NCBI GenBank assembly: GCA_964452455.1
Contig: CAYVMA010000002.1
Location: forward strand, 6,283 to 70,282
Source of the DNA: an uncultured Fervidobacterium sp.
GTDB lineage: Bacteria; Thermotogota; Thermotogae; Thermotogales; Fervidobacteriaceae
DNA length: 64,000 nucleotides
Direction of reading: 5' to 3'
The notes under the pieces are model-generated. The model did not search any database and had not been told where the DNA came from. It saw nothing but the letters and a program-made list of their open reading frames with translations. Of the stretch, positions 18,973 through 28,363 are shown one piece after another (position 1 is the first letter of the stretch; each line of letters begins with the position of its first letter). A program made the position numbers and the translations under genes.

Positions 18973-19516
18973 ACTCTTTCCCCCTCATAACTTTGTCAAG
19001 TTTCAAGGCAACGAGATTAGCCACAAACAATTTGGCAAAATCAATGAACACGAAAGGTATAACTCCTACTATGAAAGCTTTCCTATAACTGCCTATGTGT
19101 AGCCCTAAAACTGTCCAACCAATGATGTAAACTACAGCAAGCCCGACGATTCCAGATAAAACAGTATTAAATTTTCTCCTTAGTTGCGCAATTAAAAAAG
19201 CGCTAATCGGAAACGCCCACAGATAGCCCGATGTAGGTCCCACCAGATGAGCAATACCACCAGAAAAATTTGCAAATGTAGGAAGACCTATTGCTCCAAG
19301 TGTTAAGTAAAGCAGCATGGAGGTCATAGCTTCAAAAGGATCCAACAAAAAACCAGCCAGGAAAACAAACAGCATCTGTAATGTTATAGGGACATTTCCA
19401 ATAGGAATTGCAATCTGAGCTCCTACTGCTGTTAATGCTGCAAACAAAGCAATAATAGTTACTTTCCTTAAGTTTTTAATATCTCTTTTGGTGCTCTTGT
19501 TGTTCTTATCTTCCAC
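18959..19516 (-). CDS. bioY: Biotin transporter S-component BioY.
   Basis: PIGNVPITLQMLFVFLAGFLL motif in a 5-6 TM protein. It overlaps both neighbouring fab genes. Confidence 0.85.
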   Translation of the reverse strand: MEDKNNKSTKRDIKNLRKVTIIALFAALTAVGAQIAIPIGNVPITLQMLFVFLAGFLLDPFEAMTSMLLYLTLGAIGLPTFANFSGGIAHLVGPTSGYLWAFPISAFLIAQLRRKFNTVLSGIVGLAVVYIIGWTVLGLHIGSYRKAFIVGVIPFVFIDFAKLFVANLVALKLDKVMRGKEYGQT

Positions 19517-20420
19517 TGGTAACTCCCTCCGCCAGATTTTTGGTTTCGATTAGCGTCGAAAAATGTTTGACATTGAGTTTCGCTTTCTTCAACATAGAAG
19601 TCAAAACATTTTTCGGTCCGACTTCTACAAATTCGTTAACACCAAGAGCTATCATCCTATCAATTGATTGTTTCCAATACACAGGTCCACTAATTTGCTC
19701 AAGAACATAATGTTTTATTTGCTCGGGGTCTGTTATTTCCCGAGCTACACTGTTCATAACAATCGGGTATTTTGGATGTCTGAATTTTATGTGCTCAACT
19801 TCTGCTGCCATTTTTTCTCTTGCACTTTCCAAAAATGGTGTATGGAAGGGACCAGATACCTTTAGTTCTATCGCCCTTTTACCATTTTCAGTGAGGTGCT
19901 TTACAAAACTTTTTATACTTTCGGTCTTCCCACTTACAACTGTTTGTTCCTCAGAATTGTAGTTAGCTATATAGAGACCGTCGTATTTGCGAACGAGTTC
20001 TTCTATTTCCTCAATTGCCACACCTATAACCGCTGCCATGCTACCTTCCCCAGGTTTCATTGCTTGTGAGATATATTCTCCTCTTTTTCTCACAAGATAA
20101 AGACCTGTCTCAAAGTCATAGACTCCTGCTACGGCAAGTGCTGTGTACTCACCTAAGCTGTGCCCGGCAACAAAATCGGGTTCTCTAAAACACTTTTTCA
20201 ACTCAGTAAATGCCACATAACTTGCCAGGTATATAGCTGGTTGAGCATTTTCGGTGAGTTTTAAAACCTCCTCATCACCATCCATGATTTCTATCAAGTC
20301 AAAACCTAGAACATCGTTTGCAACTTTTGCATAGTTATCCCACGACTCGTATTTGGAAAAGTCACTTGCCATTCCGCTATATTGTGAACCTTGTCCCGGA
20401 AAAATGTAAGCGAGTTTCAT
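19506..20420 (-). CDS. fabD: Malonyl-CoA:ACP transacylase.
   Basis: FPGQGSQ and the active-site motif AGHSLGEY. Confidence 0.9.
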   Translation of the reverse strand: MKLAYIFPGQGSQYSGMASDFSKYESWDNYAKVANDVLGFDLIEIMDGDEEVLKLTENAQPAIYLASYVAFTELKKCFREPDFVAGHSLGEYTALAVAGVYDFETGLYLVRKRGEYISQAMKPGEGSMAAVIGVAIEEIEELVRKYDGLYIANYNSEEQTVVSGKTESIKSFVKHLTENGKRAIELKVSGPFHTPFLESAREKMAAEVEHIKFRHPKYPIVMNSVAREITDPEQIKHYVLEQISGPVYWKQSIDRMIALGVNEFVEVGPKNVLTSMLKKAKLNVKHFSTLIETKNLAEGVTSGR

Positions 20421-20482
20421 AAAAAATCACCTCCACTTAGAGACGATTTCCGTAAGTTTTTGCTTATTTGTTTCCTCATTTT

Positions 20483-21430
20483 TTATTTTAAAAGTTCACA
20501 AAGTCTTTGAATTGTTGCATAGAACTCATTAACAATGTCTGTAATTATTTCTTTCACGGACTTAATCTCGTTTATCAATCCTACACATTGACCTGCCATA
20601 AATGAACCTTCTTCAATATTACCATCAATCACAGCTTTTCTTAAGCTTCCAACCAAGACTTCCTCAGCTTCCTGGAGGTTCTTTGTTTCTAACTCTTTCA
20701 CTTTTTTCGCAAACCTCGTCTCAATTACCCTGGCAGGATGCCCAAGTGGAGCTCCTGTGATTACAGTATCTCTTATAGATGATTTTATGATGAGCTTTTT
20801 GAAATTCTCATGTGTGTCTGCTTCTGTTGAAGCGATGAATCTTGTCCCCATCTGAATACCCTCAGCACCAAGTGCAAACATCGCAGCCATGGATTTTCCA
20901 TCAGCTATTCCCCCAGCTGCAATGACCGGTATTTTCACAGCCCTACATACAGCATTAACTAGGACTAACGTGGTAACCTCTCCAATGTGACCTCCTGATT
21001 CCATACCTTCGGCAATAACTGCATCCGCCCCTATGCGTTCCATCATCTTTGCCATATTATCCGAAGCAACAACAGGTAAGACCTTTATTCCAGCTTCTTT
21101 CAACTTTGACATATACTTCGAAGGATTACCGGCTCCAAATGTCACAACAGGCACTTTCTCTTCTATAACTAAATCGACCAGTTCATCAGCATACGGTGAT
21201 ACTAGTATTATGTTTACTCCGAAAGGTTTATCTGTTAAATTACGAACTGTATCAATAGCCTCTTTTAGCAGTGCTCTGTTCATCGCACCGGAACCTATAA
21301 CTCCCAACCCTCCAGCATTCGAAACAGCTGCTGCTAGCTTTGGAGTTCCAGCCCACGACATACCTCCCATGATAATTGGATATTCGATGTTCAACAACCG
21401 ACAAATTCGATTACTTTGCTTGAAGTTCAT
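20483..21430 (-). CDS. fabK: Enoyl-[ACP] reductase II (FMN-dependent, NMO-fold).
   Basis: YPIIMGGMSWAGTPKLAAAVSNAGGLGVIG N-terminus, typical of FabK/nitronate monooxygenase, in a fab operon context. Confidence 0.8.
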   Translation of the reverse strand: MNFKQSNRICRLLNIEYPIIMGGMSWAGTPKLAAAVSNAGGLGVIGSGAMNRALLKEAIDTVRNLTDKPFGVNIILVSPYADELVDLVIEEKVPVVTFGAGNPSKYMSKLKEAGIKVLPVVASDNMAKMMERIGADAVIAEGMESGGHIGEVTTLVLVNAVCRAVKIPVIAAGGIADGKSMAAMFALGAEGIQMGTRFIASTEADTHENFKKLIIKSSIRDTVITGAPLGHPARVIETRFAKKVKELETKNLQEAEEVLVGSLRKAVIDGNIEEGSFMAGQCVGLINEIKSVKEIITDIVNEFYATIQRLCELLK

Positions 21431-21927
21431 CTTCCACCCGCCTCACTTTGTACTTTATCCCCAACGGCTGATGATGAATCTTTGCCTTCTCCTTTTTTTA
21501 CTCCCACCATCAATTTTGCTTTTGCGACTAGCTGACCATCAACTTTGGCTTTCCCATCAACAATTACTATAGGTCCTTTCTTATCTAGCACCTTAACTTC
21601 GTATATCAGCTCACAGTTAGGTCTAACTTCTTTCTTAAACCTCGCTTCATCTATGCCGATGAAGATGGGTATTGAATTTCTTTCCACATTCTCTAACAAC
21701 AAAACTCCTGCGGTTTGCGCAAGACCTTCGATAATGTAAACTCCCGGATATATTGGATAGCCTGGAAAGTGTCCTTTAAACACCGGTTCGTCTTCGGTAA
21801 CGTATTTTTTTGCAATGATGTAATCCTCACCTTGTTCAATCACTTCGTCAACCAAAAGTATAGGTTCTCTGTGGGGCAATATTTTTAGAATTTCTTCTTT
21901 TCCTTTTTGTGTTTTCTTTTCATTCAT
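21427..21927 (-). CDS. fabZ: 3-hydroxyacyl-[ACP] dehydratase.
   Basis: FKGHFPGYPIYPGVYIIEGLAQ hot-dog motif. Start moved to the ATG at 21927 (MNEKK). There is a short Gly/Ser/Lys-rich C-terminal extension. Confidence 0.9.
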   Translation of the reverse strand: MNEKKTQKGKEEILKILPHREPILLVDEVIEQGEDYIIAKKYVTEDEPVFKGHFPGYPIYPGVYIIEGLAQTAGVLLLENVERNSIPIFIGIDEARFKKEVRPNCELIYEVKVLDKKGPIVIVDGKAKVDGQLVAKAKLMVGVKKGEGKDSSSAVGDKVQSEAGGR

Positions 21928-23170
21928 ATCTTCCCACCACCAACGAAGCATTGTGTCCACCAAAGCCGAAGGAGTTCTTAATAAAATTCCGTATTTCTAC
22001 ACCTTCGACGGTAGTTCGTGGAATGTTGAAATAATCGGGTCCATCTAACTCTTCCAAATTCGGCATTCCGTGAACAAATCCTTCGTTCATTTGAACGATG
22101 GAAGCTATTGTCTCGACAACCCCTGCTGCACCTAATAAGTGTCCAGTTAACGTCTTTGTCGAGTTGACGTAAATATCCTTGACCCTTTCACCGAAGACAT
22201 TTTCTATAGCTTTTAACTCTACTTCGTCACCAGCGGGTGTACTTGTTGCATGACAACTCACAAAGTCAATTTCGTTAATCGAAAGTCCTGCATCATCAAT
22301 TGCCATCTTCATTACTCTTGTTGACCCTCTTGCTTCAGGGTCCGGAGCACTGAAATGGTATGCATCATCATTCATCGCATAACCCTTTATCTCGGCTATA
22401 ATTTTCGCACCACGTGCCCTTGCAAACTCTTCACTCTCCAATACCAAAATCCCTGCTCCTTCTCCCATTACAAACCCATCTCTTGCCTTATCAAAAGGTC
22501 TAGATGCCTTTTTGGGTTCGTCATTTCTTGTTGAAAGTGCTCGCATGGATGCAAATCCAGCGATGGGAAGTGGTGCAATAGTAGCTTCTGAACCACCAAC
22601 AATTGCAACATCAGCGTAGCCGTGCCGAATCAGCATTGCACCTAATGCTATTGAATGGACAGATGTTGCACATGCGCTTACGGGAGCAAAGTTTGGACCT
22701 TTTAATCCAAATTCCATTGCTATCACACCGCTCGCCATGTTTATAAGAATCATTGGAATCAAGAAAGGGCTAACTCTATCCGGACCTTTCTCTTTCATCA
22801 CTTCGTTTTGTTCTGCAAGTGTCAAGAACCCTCCCATACCAGACGAAACGAGCACTGCAACTCTTTCCTCAATCCCATTGAAATCTAACTCACTCATGAT
22901 TACTGCTTGTCTTGCAGCTGCAACTGCGAACTGATTGAACCTATCAAGACGCTTAACGAGTTTTCTGTCCATGTAGTCTTCAGGTTTAAAATCCCTTACT
23001 TCGGCAGCAATTTTTACTGGAAGGTTCGAAGCATCGAAAGATGTTATCTTGTCAATACCAATGTGCATCTTTCTCAAATTTTGAGCAAATGCTTCCAGAG
23101 AACACCCAATTGGTGAAATAACACCAACTCCAGTAACTACAACTCTTCTTTTCAAAATCTCCACCCCCAT
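21920..23170 (-). CDS. fabF: 3-oxoacyl-[ACP] synthase II.
   Basis: Active-site PVSACATS, then SCHATSTPAGD and GFGGHNASL. Confidence 0.9.
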   Translation of the reverse strand: MGVEILKRRVVVTGVGVISPIGCSLEAFAQNLRKMHIGIDKITSFDASNLPVKIAAEVRDFKPEDYMDRKLVKRLDRFNQFAVAAARQAVIMSELDFNGIEERVAVLVSSGMGGFLTLAEQNEVMKEKGPDRVSPFLIPMILINMASGVIAMEFGLKGPNFAPVSACATSVHSIALGAMLIRHGYADVAIVGGSEATIAPLPIAGFASMRALSTRNDEPKKASRPFDKARDGFVMGEGAGILVLESEEFARARGAKIIAEIKGYAMNDDAYHFSAPDPEARGSTRVMKMAIDDAGLSINEIDFVSCHATSTPAGDEVELKAIENVFGERVKDIYVNSTKTLTGHLLGAAGVVETIASIVQMNEGFVHGMPNLEELDGPDYFNIPRTTVEGVEIRNFIKNSFGFGGHNASLVVGRYE

Positions 23171-23199
23171 CTTCCTTGATAATCTTCTTTTTCAAAGGA

Positions 23200-24048
23200 C
23201 TAAATCTCTACTTTTTCACCAATCACCACTCCAAACGCTTCCGGTCCTACATGTGCAGCTATTGCCGCACCGATATTTGAAATTCCGAGTACAGCCTTTT
23301 CATCCAAGTTTGCAATCAATTTGTCCAAATAGTTTTTCATACTTTCGATAGTAAAACCGCCAATAATAGAGTAGTGCCGTGCAATACCTTTTTGATTTAC
23401 AAAGTCTTGCGCTATCTTTGCCATAGAAGAAACTCCTGATTCCAAAGTCCTCACTGTTCCCAAGGTATTAACTTCACCTTCGTTATCTGTCGTAAGGATA
23501 GGCTTTATGTTAAGTAATTTCCCAAAGAAAGCCTTTGCCTTTCCTATACGACCACCCCTGTATAGATATTCAAGCGTTGGCACAAAGAAAACAAGCTGCG
23601 AGTTCTCAACTACCTTGTCAATATCATTTTGAGTTAGATTACCATTTTTTCTCAAAAGTTCCATTGCCTTCAAAAGAACGTACCCTTGCTTTATTGAAGC
23701 AGTTTTTGAGTCTAAAACTATGACATTCTTAGCCCCGAGCGAACTGACAACACTTTGAACAAGGTCGTACGTGTTACTTAGCTTCGAAGAAATCGTTAAA
23801 ACATATACTTTTTCGCTACTTTCAGATGCTTCTTTTAAAACTCTCTCCACGATGTTGGGTTTGGGCAGAGAGGTTGTGGCGACCTCGCCTTGTAATTCCA
23901 TTCGGTAAAGTTCCTCGGGCTTCAGTGTAACTTTGTCCTCATATTCTTCATTACGCACATAAACTCTGAGCGGAAGGACTTTCAGTTCAAATGGTAAATT
24001 CATACCTGCTGGTAAATCACATCCAGAATCTGTGACAAAAGTAACCAT
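23200..24048 (-). CDS. DegV-family fatty-acid-binding protein.
   Basis: N-terminal VTDSGCDLP and overall DegV length and pattern. Confidence 0.85.
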   Translation of the reverse strand: MVTFVTDSGCDLPAGMNLPFELKVLPLRVYVRNEEYEDKVTLKPEELYRMELQGEVATTSLPKPNIVERVLKEASESSEKVYVLTISSKLSNTYDLVQSVVSSLGAKNVIVLDSKTASIKQGYVLLKAMELLRKNGNLTQNDIDKVVENSQLVFFVPTLEYLYRGGRIGKAKAFFGKLLNIKPILTTDNEGEVNTLGTVRTLESGVSSMAKIAQDFVNQKGIARHYSIIGGFTIESMKNYLDKLIANLDEKAVLGISNIGAAIAAHVGPEAFGVVIGEKVEI

Positions 24049-24154
24049 AGTATCTCACCTCTCATACTTGTATGATAGTTCCTTCAGGAAGAATTATACT
24101 CCGTTCAACAAAATTAGTCAATATAAAACTTTTTGATTGCTTCTAACATTATTA

Positions 24155-24183
24155 TTGACAAAAAACAATTATTGTGGTATATT
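24155..24183 (+). promoter_or_regulatory. Candidate promoter for acpP (TTGACA, 17-nt spacer, TGgTATATT).
   Basis: Consensus -35 and extended -10 read directly in the degV/acpP divergent region. Confidence 0.55.
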
Positions 24184-24254
24184 AATTTTTGTCGAATATG
24201 GATATCTTTTTACGTAGCATCCATCAATTTACCAAGTTAAAAGGGGGAATGGTT

Positions 24255-24485
24255 ATGGATTTGGAAAAAAGAGTGTGTGAAATCGTAGCAGAACAACTTG
24301 GGTTGGATATCTCGGAAGTTACACCAGACAAGAACTTGATGGAAGACCTCGGTGCCGATTCACTCGATGTTGTAGATTTAGTTATGGCGTTTGAAGATGA
24401 GTTCGGTGTGAAGATAAGTGACCAAGACTTGTCGAAAATAAAAACGGTAAAGGACGTTGTGGAAGCGATAAGACTCCACTCATAA
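24255..24485 (+). CDS. acpP: Acyl carrier protein.
   Basis: LGADSLDVVDLVMAFE phosphopantetheine-attachment motif. Start moved to the ATG at 24255, 6 nt after AAGGGGGA. Confidence 0.9.
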   Translation: MDLEKRVCEIVAEQLGLDISEVTPDKNLMEDLGADSLDVVDLVMAFEDEFGVKISDQDLSKIKTVKDVVEAIRLHS

Positions 24486-24521
24486 CTCAAAAACAGCACT
24501 AATTTCTTTAAGAATGACTAA

Positions 24522-24556
24522 AAAGACCCTGAGGTTGCTCAGGGTCTTTGTTTTTT
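24522..24556 (+). terminator. Intrinsic terminator after acpP.
   Basis: AAAGACCCTGAG-gttg-CTCAGGGTCTTT followed by a T-run. Confidence 0.75.
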
Positions 24557-24610
24557 ATCATTCTTTTATGGAAAGTCAGAAAATATTTTGCATAGAAATT
24601 TCTTTTTGTC

Positions 24611-24619
24611 TGGTATAAT
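24611..24619 (+). promoter_or_regulatory. Candidate extended -10 element (TGGTATAAT) upstream of the glycerophosphodiesterase gene.
   Basis: The motif was read directly, about 47 nt upstream of the TTG start. Confidence 0.4.
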
Positions 24620-24665
24620 TGAATTGCCCGTATATCAGATAACTTATTGTGGAGAGTGATAACAG

Positions 24666-25352
24666 TTGAAAATACTTGGTCATAGAGGAATGCCCGTATT
24701 ATATAAAGAAAACACACTCCAATCGCTACTTGCACCATTTTCCTTTGGAGCTGATGGTATAGAAACGGATGTCAGATTGGCAAGAGACAGTGTCCCAGTT
24801 TTAATACATGACGAGACCTTGACTAATTTCTGTGGCACAGACGTAAGGGTTAGTGATTTAACACTTGCCGAGTTAAGAGAATACAAAAGTGATGGTGAAA
24901 CAGTTCCGACACTTGAGGAATTTCTCAAAGTAGCCCCTAAAAATAAATGTTTAAATATTGAAATTAAGGAATACGAAGCGGGCGAATTGGTGGTACTGAT
25001 GTGTAAGAAACTTTATGAAGGTGAAATCATATTCAGTTCTTTCAACCATCGCTTAATCAATGAATTAAAGGAAAAATACAATGGTTTAAAATTCGGCTAC
25101 CTTTTTGACGAACAACATATAAGTATGAGTGATGAAGAAATACTTGCGCTATTTGACAAAAATACTTACAGTGCTCATTTACCTGTAATTGGTTTGCTTT
25201 ACTTTCCTGAGCGCTTGGTAAATATTATTAAGGAATTAAAGAAAATGGGAATTAAGATAGTATTGTGGACAGTTAATAGTAAAACTGACATTGCAAGGAT
25301 TTCTGAATATGTAGATTACGTTATAACGGATGATGTAAGAATTTTCCTTTAA
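24666..25352 (+). CDS. Glycerophosphodiester phosphodiesterase (GDPD family).
   Basis: ILGHRG...ENT and ETDVRL...PVLIHD motifs. TTG start after GGAGAG. Confidence 0.85.
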   Translation: MKILGHRGMPVLYKENTLQSLLAPFSFGADGIETDVRLARDSVPVLIHDETLTNFCGTDVRVSDLTLAELREYKSDGETVPTLEEFLKVAPKNKCLNIEIKEYEAGELVVLMCKKLYEGEIIFSSFNHRLINELKEKYNGLKFGYLFDEQHISMSDEEILALFDKNTYSAHLPVIGLLYFPERLVNIIKELKKMGIKIVLWTVNSKTDIARISEYVDYVITDDVRIFL

Positions 25353-25394
25353 GTTTATTCGAACGTTTGGAAAATCTTTTAAGGGGGTTGCGTG

Positions 25395-26321
25395 ATGTAT
25401 AAAATCATTATGCTCCTAATAAGTATGCTTGCAGTCATATTCGTTTGGGTTAACTACACCTCGGCAACTGTGGGTTTCGTCTATAATCCTATAACAAATG
25501 CCGCTGAGTATCTAAGCCTCAAGAACCATAGAGTAAATTTTGTTGCTTCCAACATCGACAGCGATTTAGAAAAGTTTTTCAAATATCTCTCGAGCCGGGG
25601 TGTTAAATTTGTGGTAGGTCCTTCTACGTCGGTTGATGGTAAAAAAGTCCTTCCCTATCTAAGAAAATACGATATTTTTGCACTCTCACCCACAATCAGT
25701 TCCACAGAATTGCTGAAATCCGGTTATATTTACTCACTTACGCCTTCAAATACAATTATTATCTCATCATTTCGAGAATATTTGAAAAAATTCGAATGCA
25801 GTAACCTTTTGTTGGTGCTAGATGATTCAAATAGAGAATACAGCGACGAGTTTAAGCACCTTTTAAATTACTTCCCCGGAGATTTTGTTTATTACCAAGA
25901 ATTATCCTCTATCAAGAATGTTCCTGTTGAAAAGTACGATACAGCTGTTCTCACAACCCCAGAAAAAGATTCCTTTGAAATAATAAAGTTTTTGAGAACG
26001 AAAAATGCAAACATTAAAATATTCGGTACGGAAGCTTCTTTCAGCAAGGAATTTCTGAGGCTCGGAGGACTTTTTTTACAAGGGGTATATTTCCTAGTTC
26101 CCAAAGTGTATTCAACGGATGGGGTTGGGCTGGCAATGATTGATAACTGGGTTGACTTCATTCAAAATCACAGGTTTTTAACTACTCAACAATTCCGCCG
26201 TTTTATAAACACACATATCGTCAAAGTAGGCGATAGATACATTTATTTCACTGAAGAAGGGGTCAAGGAAGATCTTAAACTCTACGTTGTTCAAGATGGA
26301 AAATTCAAGGAGGTTCAGTGA
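25395..26321 (+). CDS. Membrane-anchored or exported type-1 periplasmic-binding-protein-like protein. The ligand is unknown.
   Basis: N-terminal hydrophobic helix followed by an alternating beta-alpha pattern (KFVVGPSTS..., LLLVLDDSN...) reminiscent of the Leu/Ile/Val-binding (ANF-receptor) fold. Assigned by pattern only. Confidence 0.55.
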   Translation: MYKIIMLLISMLAVIFVWVNYTSATVGFVYNPITNAAEYLSLKNHRVNFVASNIDSDLEKFFKYLSSRGVKFVVGPSTSVDGKKVLPYLRKYDIFALSPTISSTELLKSGYIYSLTPSNTIIISSFREYLKKFECSNLLLVLDDSNREYSDEFKHLLNYFPGDFVYYQELSSIKNVPVEKYDTAVLTTPEKDSFEIIKFLRTKNANIKIFGTEASFSKEFLRLGGLFLQGVYFLVPKVYSTDGVGLAMIDNWVDFIQNHRFLTTQQFRRFINTHIVKVGDRYIYFTEEGVKEDLKLYVVQDGKFKEVQ

Positions 26322-26322
26322 A

Positions 26323-27813
26323 GTGGATAAAACAAGAAGGATTGGAGCCATTGTCAATGGAGTAGTCGCTGTGGTTTTTATCGTCTTGTTAGCTACTTTT
26401 TTTATCAGACTTGATAAAGAAGCTACAAGATATTTAAATGATTTTTCCGAAATGCTCGACAGTTACATTGAAAATCGCATTGGGGTTGTTGTGGAATTAC
26501 CTAAAGATTTAATAATCGATGGTTCGGACTACTCTCAGAATCTGAAGATAGGTCCCAATTCTTATTTGAAAGGCATCTTTGCCAAAGGTTATTCACTCAA
26601 GTATGTTTTTGAAGAGAAAGATAACTTGTTCTTATTGGAAATACCAATTGCATTGATAAGGTTCCCAACACGTGAATTCAAAATCATTGTTGAAGTAGAT
26701 GGGAGAGTTGTTTATTCACCTGAAAAGGGATTGATTGGCAGTTTAGCCAATGGTAGCCTTAATAATCTTCCGGACTTCCTAACGAAACACAAAACAACAA
26801 AATACAAATTCAACGTAAAAATCTCGCCCAATCCAGAGTTCTTGATTTCAAGCATATTTTTCAGTTTTCTTTGGGGATTGGTCCCTTGGGTAGCATTAGT
26901 GACTTTGAACAACATTTATACGAGCAAGGAAAAAGACCTTGAAAAGGCCTCATCAGCGTTGCAGAGTATAATTTCAGATATGATTCTTAGAGTAGAAACT
27001 GGCGAATATGTAGAGTACAAACCAATAGAAACAAAACACGAATCCTTGTTAAAGGTTCAAAATGCCATCCACAATCTATTCTCACGGTATACGGAAGCAA
27101 TTGCTGGATTTAAATCAACAACTGAGGAATTGGAAAACACAATGGCACAAATAGAAGAAATGCAATCGGCTTTGGAAGAGAGAAATTTCCTTTTGATAAA
27201 TACACTTGCCGAAACTGTTGAACTCAAAGATATAGGCACGGGAGAACATTCAAAAAAGGTTATGCAGTTATCATTAGCACTAGCAACAAAACTCAACATA
27301 ACAGACCCAGAAGAACTCAACGCAATAAAATACGGGGCGATACTTCATGATGTAGGGAAAATCGGTGTACCCGACCAGATACTTTTGAAACCTGGGAAGC
27401 TTAACCCGGAAGAATTTGAAATAATGAAAACTCATACCATATTAGGAGAAAGGGTCGTTTCACAAATTCCAGGATGGGAACTTGTGGCTGATGTTGTTCG
27501 GCATCATCATGAGAATATCGATGGAAGTGGCTATCCTGATGGTCTTTCGAAAGGCACATTGAGTCTCAGAGCACAAATAGTCTCTTTGGTTGATGTTTTC
27601 ACTGCGTTGACAGAAGATAGACCTTACAGAAACGCTTTGAGTCCTTTAGAAGCTCTTGAACTCATGCAAAACATGGTTGGAACAAAGTTTGACCAAGAGT
27701 TGTTTGAAAAATTCAAAGAAGTTGTTTTGGAGCATATGGAGCTTTCCGCACTTCCAAAAGATGAGCCTGAAGCAGAGGAAATAAGAGATTCAGAGGGTGG
27801 TTATTTAGCATGA
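26323..27813 (+). CDS. Membrane-bound HD-GYP c-di-GMP phosphodiesterase with an extracytoplasmic sensor region between two TM helices.
   Basis: HSKKV...ILHDVGKIGVP...HHHENIDGSGYPDGL canonical HD-GYP motifs. Two TM segments flank a loop of about 150 aa. Start chosen as the GTG at 26323, one base after the upstream stop and 9 nt after AAGGAGG. An ATG at 26296 is also possible. Confidence 0.8.
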   Translation: MDKTRRIGAIVNGVVAVVFIVLLATFFIRLDKEATRYLNDFSEMLDSYIENRIGVVVELPKDLIIDGSDYSQNLKIGPNSYLKGIFAKGYSLKYVFEEKDNLFLLEIPIALIRFPTREFKIIVEVDGRVVYSPEKGLIGSLANGSLNNLPDFLTKHKTTKYKFNVKISPNPEFLISSIFFSFLWGLVPWVALVTLNNIYTSKEKDLEKASSALQSIISDMILRVETGEYVEYKPIETKHESLLKVQNAIHNLFSRYTEAIAGFKSTTEELENTMAQIEEMQSALEERNFLLINTLAETVELKDIGTGEHSKKVMQLSLALATKLNITDPEELNAIKYGAILHDVGKIGVPDQILLKPGKLNPEEFEIMKTHTILGERVVSQIPGWELVADVVRHHHENIDGSGYPDGLSKGTLSLRAQIVSLVDVFTALTEDRPYRNALSPLEALELMQNMVGTKFDQELFEKFKEVVLEHMELSALPKDEPEAEEIRDSEGGYLA

Positions 27814-28346
27814 AATCCCAGAAATTGTCTCTTTTGCTCGCTACGATTTTCTGCATTCTGTTTGTTGCTACCTATCTTTACAACGTGAGGCTTGTTTCCC
27901 GGCTCGAAAGGTTTCAAAAGGTGATAAAGGCTTACGAGTTATACGTATCTGATAGTAAAGACTTTTCCAAATACGTTGAAGACAATAATTTAGAGGAATT
28001 GTCTTATCTTGTCGAAAAACAGATAAAATCACAAGTAAGAACCAAAATAGATGCTGCAAAGCAGGCTTTTAGGAATGGCAATTACGCCGATGCTGTTAAC
28101 CTACTTAGGGAAATTAAGGATATTGAAAATCCCTGGCTTGATGAGGTATACTTTTATTTGGGCTCGTCATTGTACAAAATTGGGGAAAGTGAGAGCGCAA
28201 AATTCTACTTGTCTTCGTTTTTAGACAATTTTAAGTATTCTATATACCGTAAGGAAGCACTTTTGATGCTACGGGAATTTTCTGATGGTGAGCTGAAGAA
28301 AAAAGTCGAAGAAACTTTAAATAGCATGGAAGAATTTAAAAAATAG
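27810..28346 (+). CDS. Membrane-anchored TPR-like protein (YbgF/CpoB-like repeat).
   Basis: N-terminal TM helix. TPR-like GNYADAVNLLREI...YFYLGSSLYKIGESESAKFYL. ATGA overlap with the upstream gene. Confidence 0.6.
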   Translation: MKSQKLSLLLATIFCILFVATYLYNVRLVSRLERFQKVIKAYELYVSDSKDFSKYVEDNNLEELSYLVEKQIKSQVRTKIDAAKQAFRNGNYADAVNLLREIKDIENPWLDEVYFYLGSSLYKIGESESAKFYLSSFLDNFKYSIYRKEALLMLREFSDGELKKKVEETLNSMEEFKK

Positions 28347-28363
28347 GAATCGGAGGAAAGAGA

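Noticed and set aside
21033-21572. 179-aa plus-strand ORF opposite fabK and fabZ.
   Set aside because: It is a shadow ORF opposite two motif-supported fab genes.
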